Source: an uncultured delta proteobacterium | GTDB lineage: Bacteria; Desulfobacterota; Desulfuromonadia; Geobacterales; Pseudopelobacteraceae | DNA length: 64,000 bases | Direction of reading: 5' to 3' | Assembly (NCBI GenBank): GCA_963772835.1 | Contig: CAVYYZ010000024.1 | Location: 128,001 to 192,000, forward strand | Part shown: piece after piece, positions 19,917 to 28,798 of the stretch | How the letters are laid out: every line of letters begins with the position of its first letter | Numbering within the stretch: the first letter of the stretch is position 1 | Notes under the pieces: generated by a model | The model's database searches: none | Told to the model about the DNA's origin: nothing | The model's input: the letters and a program-made list of their open reading frames with translations, nothing else | Made by a program: the position numbers and the translations under genes

Positions 19917-21296
19917 CTACCAGGGAAACATTTTTCCCGGGTTCAATATATTATGTGGATCAAGAGCAGCTTTGATAGCTTTCATGGCTGCGATCTGCTG
20001 CGGGGAGAGTTCCAGCTCGATATAGGGAGCCTTGGAGAGCCCGACCCCATGTTCACCTGACATGGTGCCGTTCAGGTCCAGCGCAGCCTGGAATACGTCG
20101 CGAATCGCCAGGTGTGCTTTTTCGTCCATGCCGGGGACGCTTTTGTCGACCATGATATTGACATGGATATTACCGTCACCGGCGTGCCCGAAGTTGACAA
20201 TCGGGATGTCGTACTTCGCCTGAATTTTCTCTATGGTACGGATGATGTCAGGAACTTTACTGCGCGGCACAACGACATCTTCATTGTACTTGGTCGGGTT
20301 GATATCCCGCAGCGACGGCGATACCAGCCGCCGTACCCGCCAAAGCTCCTCAGATTCAGCTGCATCTTTTGCCGCCCGGAACTGCACGAGTCCCAGCGGT
20401 TTGATCAGTTCATGGATCTGTGCAGCCTGTTTCTCTATAAGGTCGCGGTCGCCGTCCACCTCGATCAACAGCACCGCCCGCCCTTCAGGCGGGACTCCCA
20501 GATTAAAGCGCCGCTCGACACATTGCAGTGTGGCATAGTCCATGAATTCGAGTGTCGTCGGAATTATTTTATTACCGATGATCGTCGAGACCGCCTTGGC
20601 CGCCCCGTCAATCGAGTCGAATATCGTCAGCATGGTCTTCTTCGCGTCGGGAAAGGGGAGAATTTTGAAGATGATTTTGGTGATGACCCCCAGCGTGCCT
20701 TCGCTGCCGCAGAGCAGTCTGGTCATATCGTACCCGACAACCGCCTTGTAGGTTTCGCCGCCGGTGCGGATAATTTCGCCGGTCGGCAGTACGACTTCGA
20801 GTCCCATGACGAAGTCCCGGGTGACTCCGTACTTGACACAGCGAGGTCCACCGGCGTTTTCAGCGACGTTGCCCCCCAGGGTGGAAAACTTGAGCGACGC
20901 GGGATCGGGGGGATAAAAAAATCCGAGTTTTTCGACGGCAAGCTGAAACTGCTCCGTTACAACACCCGGCTCAACCTCGGCAATCAGGTTTTCGGTGTCG
21001 ATCCGCAGGATACGGTTCATGCGGGTTGTTACCAGTACAACCCCGCCCCCCTTGGGGAGTGAACCACCGGTAAAGCCGCTTCCCGCACCGCGCGGGAAGA
21101 CCGGAAAACCCTCGCGGTTTGCCAGTTTCAGAACAGCTGAGACCTCTTCGGCATTGGCCGGATGTACAGCGGCATCCGGCAGAAACTCCATCTGAGTGGC
21201 ATCATAGCCGTAGCAGATCAGATCCTGCCTGGAGGTTGTAATATTGTCAGAACCGACAATTGTCGTAAGCTCTTTGATTAAATGTGCTGCAAGCAT
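19917..21296 (-). CDS. glcD: FAD-linked D-lactate/glycolate oxidase subunit (GlcD family)
   Basis: PRGAGSG.TGG, YPPDPAS, GGNVAENAGG, GSEGTLG, FGHAGDGNIH, SGEHGVG, LNPGK. Confidence 0.9.
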   Translation of the reverse strand: MLAAHLIKELTTIVGSDNITTSRQDLICYGYDATQMEFLPDAAVHPANAEEVSAVLKLANREGFPVFPRGAGSGFTGGSLPKGGGVVLVTTRMNRILRIDTENLIAEVEPGVVTEQFQLAVEKLGFFYPPDPASLKFSTLGGNVAENAGGPRCVKYGVTRDFVMGLEVVLPTGEIIRTGGETYKAVVGYDMTRLLCGSEGTLGVITKIIFKILPFPDAKKTMLTIFDSIDGAAKAVSTIIGNKIIPTTLEFMDYATLQCVERRFNLGVPPEGRAVLLIEVDGDRDLIEKQAAQIHELIKPLGLVQFRAAKDAAESEELWRVRRLVSPSLRDINPTKYNEDVVVPRSKVPDIIRTIEKIQAKYDIPIVNFGHAGDGNIHVNIMVDKSVPGMDEKAHLAIRDVFQAALDLNGTMSGEHGVGLSKAPYIELELSPQQIAAMKAIKAALDPHNILNPGKMFPW

Positions 21297-21458
21297 GGGA
21301 GGTCCTTTCGGTAAAGATTCAGCTCGTAAAGATACATGATATGGCGGCAACACTGCAAGGCAGTTTTACCCGGACACAAAATCTCTGTTGCCAGCGGAAG
21401 CGAAACCATTTATCCTGACCACCTGCAGCGATATATACACAACAGGAGGTTTACACGA

Positions 21459-21899
21459 ATGAAGCATTTCAGAAACATTGCAGTACCAGTTATTATGGCA
21501 GTATTAATTGCACTTCCCACCTTTGCCGCACAAGATGCAAAAAAGGCTACCGGGAAAACGGTGACAACGGCATCCGGTTTAAAATACGTCGATATAACCG
21601 TTGGCAAGGGAGCATCACCGGTTGCCGGTAAACAGGTCAAGGTGCACTATACCGGGACGCTTGAAAACGGTAAAAAATTTGACAGTTCAGTCGACCGGAA
21701 CGAGCCGTTCTCTTTTGCTATTGGCGTCGGCCAGGTTATTCAGGGGTGGGATGAAGGTGTTATGACCATGAAGGTCGGCGGCAAGCGCAAGCTGATTATT
21801 CCCGCCAAACTCGGTTACGGCGCACGGGGCGCCGGCGGAGTTATTCCCCCGAATGCCACCCTGCTGTTTGATGTGGAACTGCTTGACGTCGGGAAGTAA
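21459..21899 (+). CDS. FKBP-type peptidyl-prolyl isomerase with signal peptide
   Basis: VHYTGTL..GKKFDSS, VIQGWDEG, GYG..G..GVIPPNATLLFDVELL. Confidence 0.95.
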   Translation: MKHFRNIAVPVIMAVLIALPTFAAQDAKKATGKTVTTASGLKYVDITVGKGASPVAGKQVKVHYTGTLENGKKFDSSVDRNEPFSFAIGVGQVIQGWDEGVMTMKVGGKRKLIIPAKLGYGARGAGGVIPPNATLLFDVELLDVGK

Positions 21900-21925
21900 T
21901 CTGCTTCACATCGACTCATTACTAC

Positions 21926-21954
21926 ACAGCCCGCCTGCGCGGGCTGTCTTTTTT
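21926..21954 (+). terminator. Intrinsic terminator
   Basis: ACAGCCCGC-CTGC-GCGGGCTGT followed by CTTTTTT. Confidence 0.7.
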
Positions 21955-21974
21955 CGGTTTACTGGAGTTGATGC

Positions 21975-22451
21975 ATGACTAATCTGATTTCTGCTGAAGG
22001 TCTGAAAAAACTGTGTGACGAATATGACTACCTCTGGAAGGTGGAGCGGCCAAAAGTTGTCCGGGGGGTTGCCGATGCCGCAGCTGAAGGTGATCGTTCG
22101 GAAAATGCCGAGTACATTTATGGTAAAAAACGTCTGCGCGAAATAGACCGTAAACTGAAGCATATCGGTTCGCGTCTGAAAGTGCTGAAGGTGGCAACTG
22201 TTCCTCCGAATCCGAAGCAGATTACCTTCGGCTGCTGGGTGACCTATGAAGAAGAATCCGGAGAAACACGCTGTTATCAGCTGGTTGGTCCTGATGAAAT
22301 CGATGTCAGCATCGGCAGGATCAGTCTTGATTCACCGGTCGGTCAGGCGCTGCTGCACAAAAAACTTGATGATGAGGTCACCGTCCGGAAACCGGGGGGG
22401 GAGATGACCCTGTATGTTACCGGAATAAGCTCGACCCGGCCGGGACAGTAA
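21975..22451 (+). CDS. greB: Transcription elongation factor GreB
   Basis: ERP.VV..V..AAAEGDRSENAEYIYGKKRLREIDR, ISLDSPVG. Confidence 0.93.
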   Translation: MTNLISAEGLKKLCDEYDYLWKVERPKVVRGVADAAAEGDRSENAEYIYGKKRLREIDRKLKHIGSRLKVLKVATVPPNPKQITFGCWVTYEEESGETRCYQLVGPDEIDVSIGRISLDSPVGQALLHKKLDDEVTVRKPGGEMTLYVTGISSTRPGQ

Positions 22452-22488
22452 TAACCCGTCTCCTCAGCCGGCAGACTCCGCCGCTATT

Positions 22489-23058
22489 CTATCGTTCCTG
22501 CTCATACCCCGCAACCACTGCCTCATAGCGGGCAGTAAGGTCAGCCGCCGAGCCGGCCTCTGCAGCAGCATATCCGGCAATAATAGCATCCCGCATGGTG
22601 TCAGGAATAACGCGCTCTGCAAGAGGATACAGAATGTCATCCTCTTTTTCGATATGTTCACGCAGCAGGGCCGCATAGGCCAGGGCATTTTCGGCGATGA
22701 TCGCTCCGCATCCGGTTTCTCCGTCCATAGCTGCAAGGACGGCTGCCTCCATCCCCTTGACGAAAGCGCGACCCTGGTCATGTTCCATCAGCATGGCTGC
22801 AATCGGGCTGTTCTCCCGGGGCATGCCGTTAACCACCAGTGCCTCGAAAAGTACATCCTCCTCCTTGGCATGGTGGAAGCGATCGGCGAAGGTGCGGATG
22901 AAGTCAACGCCATCCAGATAAAACTGCCAGTTGGCATACGTACCGTCTGTCGTGCGGGGTGCGTTCCGCTCCAGCAGGGCGATCATACGCAGGATCAGAA
23001 GATGTTCGTTGACCAGCGCCGTGGTGATATCCTTCTTTTGGGTGCACGCAGTATTCAT
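22489..23058 (-). CDS. Hemerythrin-like (HHE cation-binding) domain protein
   Basis: EH, HHAKEEDVLF, MLMEHDQGR, HIEKEDDILYP. Confidence 0.9.
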   Translation of the reverse strand: MNTACTQKKDITTALVNEHLLILRMIALLERNAPRTTDGTYANWQFYLDGVDFIRTFADRFHHAKEEDVLFEALVVNGMPRENSPIAAMLMEHDQGRAFVKGMEAAVLAAMDGETGCGAIIAENALAYAALLREHIEKEDDILYPLAERVIPDTMRDAIIAGYAAAEAGSAADLTARYEAVVAGYEQER

Positions 23059-23513
23059 CAGACCCTCCGCTCTCCGTTGATGCCGATAACGAGGCTTTCC
23101 AGCGGGATATCCATGCCGCTCTTCTGGAGCGCCTCCCGTACCATGATATCCAGACCTCGGCAGCAGGGTACTTCCATAATGGCGACGGTGATGCTCTTGA
23201 TGGCGTTGGCGCTGAATATATGTGCCAGCTTATCCACATAGGCGGTGGTGTCATCCAGCTTGGGGCAGGCGATCGCCAGTGCTTTCCCTTTGAGCAGATC
23301 CTGATGTGTGCTCCCCATGGCAAAAGCCACGCAGTCGGCGCATATCAGAATATCCGCGTTCTGAAAATAGGGAGCGGTGGGGGGTACGAGGTGAAGCTGC
23401 ACCGGCCACTGTCTGAGTTCCGAGGGAGCTTTTCCCGATGGAGTGCAGGTTGTTTCCGGTCGTTCAATTACTTTTGCCATGCTGCCTGAGCAGCCGCATC
23501 CTTCGTGTGCCAT
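23058..23513 (-). CDS. Cys-rich iron-sulfur cluster-binding oxidoreductase-like protein
   Basis: GCGC, LRQWPVQLHLV, ADC, ACPKLD, MEVPCC motifs. Confidence 0.8.
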   Translation of the reverse strand: MAHEGCGCSGSMAKVIERPETTCTPSGKAPSELRQWPVQLHLVPPTAPYFQNADILICADCVAFAMGSTHQDLLKGKALAIACPKLDDTTAYVDKLAHIFSANAIKSITVAIMEVPCCRGLDIMVREALQKSGMDIPLESLVIGINGERRV

Positions 23514-23515
23514 GA

Positions 23516-23737
23516 TTATTCTCCTTTTTGTGTCAGATAGTCGTTAATTTCACGTTCGATATTCGCTTCATCATCCTTGGACAGTCCATGAATTGAAACC
23601 ACGTCCTTCAGCAGACAGATGCCGACTTTACAGGTGACGCAGCCGATCTCGAACCGGTTCAGTATCTCGCCGATTTCCGGATAACTCTGCATTACATCTT
23701 GAATTGCCCTGTCGCCAAGACTGTTTTTGAATTCCAT
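23516..23737 (-). CDS. DUF1858 / hybrid-cluster-associated redox disulfide domain protein
   Basis: 73 aa; YPE..EIL....IGCVTC motif and HG; GGAGG RBS. Confidence 0.75.
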   Translation of the reverse strand: MEFKNSLGDRAIQDVMQSYPEIGEILNRFEIGCVTCKVGICLLKDVVSIHGLSKDDEANIEREINDYLTQKGE

Positions 23738-23793
23738 CTCTGCACCTCCCTGCTTGTGATGTTTCCACCATATCCGCTTCAGCGTATATTTTT

Positions 23794-23809
23794 AATGACC
23801 TGGGTCAAG
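23794..23809. promoter_or_regulatory. Probable HcpR (Crp/Fnr family) binding site
   Basis: Minus strand reads CTTGACCCAGGTCATT, matching TTGAC-N4-GTCAA with one mismatch, about 57 bp upstream of the DUF1858 operon. Confidence 0.65.
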
Positions 23810-24040
23810 ATTGTCGACTATTTCGGGGTTTGATAGAACTGATCTGCCGCTTCCTTGTGACATCATCTCCGTCGTCCTGATTGCTGCCAAATCGTCCGTG
23901 ATAAAATTTTTAAATCATGGCTAAAACCGGCAAAATCTGCTATGGCACACTGGCTGCCATATTCAGTTCAATAGTGCAGCGCCGGCCACTGATCCGCGCA
24001 GGAGAATCCCCTGCATGCCCGGCCGGGACTTTTGCTGCCC

Positions 24041-24240
24041 GTCACCTCCGTCACCCTGATCAGGGATGACGGCGCGGTCCTGCTGTTTGACGGCCGGAGC
24101 GGAAGATCCCGGCTGAACGGTCAGTAACAGGCATTCCGGTGGATGAGACCACCCGGGAAGAGATCCTGCAGGCCGGTTCCGGGACCGGACTGAGCCGTTC
24201 CGTGCTGGAGGCGGTCGCCAGTGGAGACACACAGATCTGA
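24041..24240 (+). pseudogene. Frameshifted 3' remnant of an Ldh_2 (YbiC/HcxB-like) malate/lactate dehydrogenase
   Basis: DDGAVLLFD, frameshift, then PERKIPAERSVTGIPVDETTREEILQAG...*, resembling the Ldh_2 C-terminal consensus VLLPGEPER..RAER...GIPVD..TW.EI. Confidence 0.55.
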
Positions 24241-24332
24241 GTATGCTACATAGTCTCCGTCCGAAACTTACGGTTGGAACCTACATACGAACAATGCGGT
24301 TAAAACTGATACACAACTCCAGGAGGGATCCA

Positions 24333-25331
24333 ATGAGAAGTCGAACAAGCGTGGCAATGACATGTGTAATGGCGTTTTCTATGTTTCTTTCAACAGCAGT
24401 TCATGCAGCCCCGCTTCCGGATATGCCTCTCATCGGTATATCCCAGATCGTATCCCATCCAGCCCTGGATGCAATTGTACGGGGAATCAGGGATGAACTC
24501 GCCGATCTGAAGGTCCACGTGGAATATGACCTGCAAAATGCCAATGGTGATATCAACGCTGCGGCGTCTATCGCGAAAAAATTCCAGGCGGAAAAAGTAA
24601 CCCTGGCAGTAGGAATTGCCACTCCGACCGCCCAGGCTCTGGTCAAAACCCTGAAAGACACGCCGGTAGTTTTCTCCGGTATTACCGACCCGGTAAAGGC
24701 CGGCCTGGTAACTTCTCTTGAAAAAGGGGAAAAATTCGTTACGGGGTATTCCAATATGACCCCGGTCAAGAGGCAGATTGAGATGCTGCTCAGGATCAAA
24801 AAGATAAAACGGCTCGGCCATCTGTACACCGGTTCCGAAGTAAACGCCGTTGTACTTGCCGGCATTGTCAAGCAGTCGTGCAAGGAGCTTGGCATCGAAT
24901 ACGTGGAAACCACGGTTACGAAATCGGCCGAGGTGAAGCAGGCGGCCCAATCACTCATCGGGCGTGTTGACGCACTGTATATCAGCACCGACAATACTGT
25001 TGTCTCGGCAATGAGTTCAATATCTGAAGTGGCTTTGAAAAACAGAATACCGATTATGTCGGCCGATACGACCTCGGCAGAGTCGCATCCTGTCATGGTG
25101 GCGTGGGGCTTCGATTACTACAAGATGGGGCGGGCTACCGGAAAAATGATTGATGAAATTCTCAAGGGTAAAAAGCCGGAGCAGATTCCGACCCGATTCA
25201 TGACAAAACCCTCGGATATCGACCTGCTGGTCAACCTGGATGTGGCAAAACAGATCGGCCTGAGTATTCCGAACGATATTGTCAGCCATGCTAACAAGGT
25301 CGTCAAAAACGGGGTGTTGACCAAAAAATAG
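24333..25331 (+). CDS. ABC transporter substrate-binding protein (ABC_sub_bind / TrpX-like)
   Basis: QIVSHPALD, NANGD, IATPTAQ, PVVF..ITDPV.AGL, TDNTV, DYY.MG..TG; signal peptide. Confidence 0.88.
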   Translation: MRSRTSVAMTCVMAFSMFLSTAVHAAPLPDMPLIGISQIVSHPALDAIVRGIRDELADLKVHVEYDLQNANGDINAAASIAKKFQAEKVTLAVGIATPTAQALVKTLKDTPVVFSGITDPVKAGLVTSLEKGEKFVTGYSNMTPVKRQIEMLLRIKKIKRLGHLYTGSEVNAVVLAGIVKQSCKELGIEYVETTVTKSAEVKQAAQSLIGRVDALYISTDNTVVSAMSSISEVALKNRIPIMSADTTSAESHPVMVAWGFDYYKMGRATGKMIDEILKGKKPEQIPTRFMTKPSDIDLLVNLDVAKQIGLSIPNDIVSHANKVVKNGVLTKK

Positions 25332-25436
25332 AGAACTGTTATGACGGCAGAGTTATACTCGGCCCTGCAGCCGGTTGACTCAGCGCTATTCGTTGCGGCA
25401 CCCGGAGAGGGCCGAAGCCGGTCTGGATGAAAACTC

Positions 25437-26723
25437 TCATCCAGCCCCCTGAAGCCCCCGCAGCAGTTCCAGTTGCGTACGTGCCGTGTCCGGGGCGACC
25501 AGTCCGGCGAGCTCAAGCAGCGGTGTTATGGCCTTCTCCGGCGCTATACGGGGATAGGCCTGATCACTGAGTTCATGAACAAGCCTCATGGTGCGGAACG
25601 CATCAAACCACCCGTGAAAAGCCCCCGTCAATGCTGCAGCGTCACGGCTGTTTTTCTTCAGATTATCCCATGAAACTGCGAACCCGGCCTGATCGAGAAA
25701 ACCGTGCAGAACCGGTGAAATATCTGCCGCACTCCTCAGCAGCCATGCCGAATCGGCATCGGTGTGTCCCGCAACAGATGCCAGCCACTCCCCCACTATC
25801 GAAAATACAACCGGTTGATAAAAGAGCAGCCTCTGCTCTCCGTCGGAGAGCATATCCCCCACGGCGCGGCCGGTCCCGAACGGAACCCGGTGCGATGAGC
25901 GAGGTGAAGGGTGCACCGTCGTACCTGATAGTGCGGCGACGCCGGACGTTTTGTGGAGCTGCTGCAGGAAGTAGAAATCCTCGCCGGCCAGACGTCGATT
26001 CATCCCGCCGGATGCGACATAGGCTGCAGCCCGGCAGGCCATGGCACTTCCGACGGTGTGAAAAGCGTACGGTGACTGTGCCAGCCCCAGTCCAAGTACG
26101 TAGGTTCGCAGAAAAAGCTCGTAGCGGTCAATGGCGGACTGTCCCGCAGGATCATCAGCCGGACGGTGACGATAGGGGATAACAGCACCGCCTGCGGATG
26201 AAGCGGCAAAATGCCGGGTGATGGCAGGGAGGTAGTCCGGTTGGACCAGAGTATCGGCGTCGAGGCAGATCAGAAGCGGATCTGCGTGGCGGTAGTCGAG
26301 AAGCGGGAGAACACCGTCGAGACCGATTTTACGCGCCAGACCCACTCCCTGCTTGGGCGGCAGTTCCATCCCGGGTGAGGCGGCATCGATCCAGAACAGA
26401 TTTTTCAAACCGAACTGACGCTTCCAGGACGGCAGACGTATCAGCGTTTCAAGATTGTCGCCCCTCTCAGCGTCTGATGCATCGGCACGCTGGTTGACAA
26501 CGATCAGTATTACAAATTGATCAAGCAGGTCGGAAGGATTTCGGGAAAGCGTCTCCAGTGTCTGTGGAAGATTGACGGATTCAGCGAGCGAGGGGATGAC
26601 GATTGCACCGAGGAAATGGTGAGAGGTGCTCCCGTTAATGCGCCAGGGAGAGCCGGCTGCCCGTTTTTTTACATACGCCGATATGGGCGTGGGGAGATAT
26701 GTATCCGGCATATCACTATTCAA
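25437..26723 (-). CDS. Uncharacterised GT-A (family 2-like) glycosyltransferase
   Basis: IVIP, ICLDADT (DxD), HTVGSAMA, GGMNRRLAGEDFYFLQ; start codon uncertain. Confidence 0.7.
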   Translation of the reverse strand: MNSDMPDTYLPTPISAYVKKRAAGSPWRINGSTSHHFLGAIVIPSLAESVNLPQTLETLSRNPSDLLDQFVILIVVNQRADASDAERGDNLETLIRLPSWKRQFGLKNLFWIDAASPGMELPPKQGVGLARKIGLDGVLPLLDYRHADPLLICLDADTLVQPDYLPAITRHFAASSAGGAVIPYRHRPADDPAGQSAIDRYELFLRTYVLGLGLAQSPYAFHTVGSAMACRAAAYVASGGMNRRLAGEDFYFLQQLHKTSGVAALSGTTVHPSPRSSHRVPFGTGRAVGDMLSDGEQRLLFYQPVVFSIVGEWLASVAGHTDADSAWLLRSAADISPVLHGFLDQAGFAVSWDNLKKNSRDAAALTGAFHGWFDAFRTMRLVHELSDQAYPRIAPEKAITPLLELAGLVAPDTARTQLELLRGLQGAG

Positions 26724-26801
26724 AAGTCATTACTCACGCGACAACGCAGCAACGTTGCTGAAAACAGAATGTTTTTGGTTCTTGAATGCTTCGGTTGACA
26801 A

Positions 26802-27407
26802 TTATTCCGTTCCCCAGCGCGTGTAGAGATCGTTTTCAATTCCCAGTTGATCAAGTACCTTTCCCACGACAAAGTCAACCAGCTCCAGTACCGTTTCCGG
26901 TCTGCCGTAAAAACCCGGCATCGCCGGTATGATACGTGTACCGGCGCGGGAAAGCTTCAGCATGTTCTCAAGATGGATATCGGAAAGCGGTGTTTCCCGG
27001 GGGACAAGCAGCAGCGGGCGCCGTTCCTTGAGCATGACATCGGCGCTCCTCTCAATAAGGTTGCCGGAAATACCGCCGGCAATGCGCGCCAGAGTGCCCA
27101 TGCTGCAGGGACAAACCACCATTGCATCCGGTGCAGACGACCCGCTGGCGGCGGCGCAGAAGAGATCGTCGGGATGCACCAGCGATATGCCTGAATTGAT
27201 TTCAAGATGCGAATACAGGCGCTGAAGCGCTTTGTCCAGATCACCGGAGAGGTCAAGCCCGGTCTCCTCACGGCAGACCGCCGTGCCGCTGCAGCTGGCA
27301 CTGAATGTGACCTGAAACCCGTTCAGGCAGAGCTGTTCAGCCAGACGGAGTCCATACATTGAGCCTGATGCACCGGTCAGCGCGACAAAAATGTGTGTAT
27401 GCTTCAT
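26802..27407 (-). CDS. ubiX: Flavin prenyltransferase
   Basis: TGASG..YG, AASGS, PCSMGTL, ADVMLKERRPL.LVPRETP, PAMPGFY. Confidence 0.95.
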   Translation of the reverse strand: MKHTHIFVALTGASGSMYGLRLAEQLCLNGFQVTFSASCSGTAVCREETGLDLSGDLDKALQRLYSHLEINSGISLVHPDDLFCAAASGSSAPDAMVVCPCSMGTLARIAGGISGNLIERSADVMLKERRPLLLVPRETPLSDIHLENMLKLSRAGTRIIPAMPGFYGRPETVLELVDFVVGKVLDQLGIENDLYTRWGTE

Positions 27408-27410
27408 TCG

Positions 27411-28286
27411 TTACCTCGTCAGAACATCGGCTGCAGTAAAAAGTACAATTGCAACGCTGATGTATCCGTTCATGTTGAAAAACGCCGCATCCAGTTTGCC
27501 CAGATTCCCATCCCTCAGCAGCCAGTGTTCGTACAGCAGCATGGTGACTGTTACCAGGATGCCGACAAGAAAGAGTGTACCAAGATGCATGATGTTGAAC
27601 AGTAGAAACAGCAGCCCGACCATGATCAGATGAAAAATCCGGGCAGCCCACAGAGAACCGTTTACGCCGAGCAGTACCGGAAGAGAATGAAGCCCTGCAG
27701 AGCGGTCAAAATCAAGATCCTGAAGAGCATACAGAATATCAAACCCGGCAACCCAGAACAGAACCACTCCTCCCAGAACCACTGCCGGGGTTTCAATCAT
27801 GCCGCGAATTGCAATCCAGGCACCGATCGGAGCCGCTGCCAGGCAGACTCCGAGAACGATATGGGCAAGCGCAGTGAAACGCTTGCAGTATGAATAAAGC
27901 ACCAGAAAAAAAAGTGCAATCGGAGAAAGCTTGAGGCAGAGGGGGCCCAGCATCTGCGCTGCAAGCATCATCAATGCAACTGACGCTACGATAAAGAACA
28001 GGGTGAACCCCTTGCCGATCAAGCCTGCAGGAATAGCTCTGGCGGCGGTCCGGGGGTTGCGGGCGTCAATCCCGGCGTCGATCAGCCGGTTCATCGCCAT
28101 GGCTGCCGTTCGGGCGCCGACCATAGCCAGGATAATCAGGACCGTCTGGCGGATGGTTGGAAAACCTCCTGCAGCGAGCAGTGCACCGGTCAGAGCAAAC
28201 GGGAGTGCAAAGATCGTGTGGGAAAACTTGATCATCTCCAGAAAGATGGCGGTTTGTCGGGAAACTTTTGTGATGAAGGCGGTCAC
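27411..28286 (-). CDS. UbiA-family prenyltransferase (MqnP-like, futalosine pathway)
   Basis: IKFSHTIFALPFA, NRLIDA.IDARNPRT, YSYCKRF, GFDILYALQD. Confidence 0.9.
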   Translation of the reverse strand: MTAFITKVSRQTAIFLEMIKFSHTIFALPFALTGALLAAGGFPTIRQTVLIILAMVGARTAAMAMNRLIDAGIDARNPRTAARAIPAGLIGKGFTLFFIVASVALMMLAAQMLGPLCLKLSPIALFFLVLYSYCKRFTALAHIVLGVCLAAAPIGAWIAIRGMIETPAVVLGGVVLFWVAGFDILYALQDLDFDRSAGLHSLPVLLGVNGSLWAARIFHLIMVGLLFLLFNIMHLGTLFLVGILVTVTMLLYEHWLLRDGNLGKLDAAFFNMNGYISVAIVLFTAADVLTR

Positions 28287-28288
28287 GG

Positions 28289-28798
28289 TTACTTGTACTC
28301 CTTAAATATCCGCATTATATCTGCCGCTGCCCGGTCCATTTCATTATTTATCAACGTCAGATCAAACATGCCGGGATATTCTTCATAGGGATAATGTTTG
28401 TACATGGTTCCCACTTTTCCCTCTTTATTATAGGCATACGACGTCCGTATCTCAAAATTGTAGTGAGACAGGTGTACTGAAACCGCTCCATTTTGCTGTA
28501 TAACCTCAATCCGCAACTGAGTGTAGTACTTCCGCCCGCCCGCCGGCTGTCCAAAGCCGGTGTCGGTGGTAAAGTGATAGGGAGCCGTTATGAGGACCGT
28601 TCCGGTGCTGTCCGTCTCAAGAATCCGGCACTTCCATGTGTCTTCGAGAAGAGAGCGGATTTTTTTCACGGCATGATCGAGCCGTCCCGGTATGACGACG
28701 ACCCGTGGAGCTATCGGCTCTGCCTCGGCCCGCATATGATAGCAGGCGGGCAGCAGTGCCAGCAGCAGAAAGAGGAGCAGCCACAGGCCGTTACGCAA
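28289..28798 (-). CDS. Hypothetical lipoprotein
   Basis: TTG start overlapping the ubiD stop; hydrophobic leader with LPAC lipobox. Confidence 0.7.
   Translation of the reverse strand: MRNGLWLLLFLLLALLPACYHMRAEAEPIAPRVVVIPGRLDHAVKKIRSLLEDTWKCRILETDSTGTVLITAPYHFTTDTGFGQPAGGRKYYTQLRIEVIQQNGAVSVHLSHYNFEIRTSYAYNKEGKVGTMYKHYPYEEYPGMFDLTLINNEMDRAAADIMRIFKEYK

Noticed and set aside
20112..21062. Long antisense ORFs (e.g. 316 aa opposite glcD, 254 aa opposite DUF3443, 234 aa opposite por)
   Set aside because: Shadow ORFs expected from GC-rich codon bias opposite well-supported genes
23960..24240. Riboswitch or T-box upstream of the ABC binding protein (GGTGGATGAGACCACC looks ZTP/SAM/T-box-like)
   Set aside because: The other required consensus elements are missing, and the sequence is better explained as a decayed Ldh_2 coding fragment
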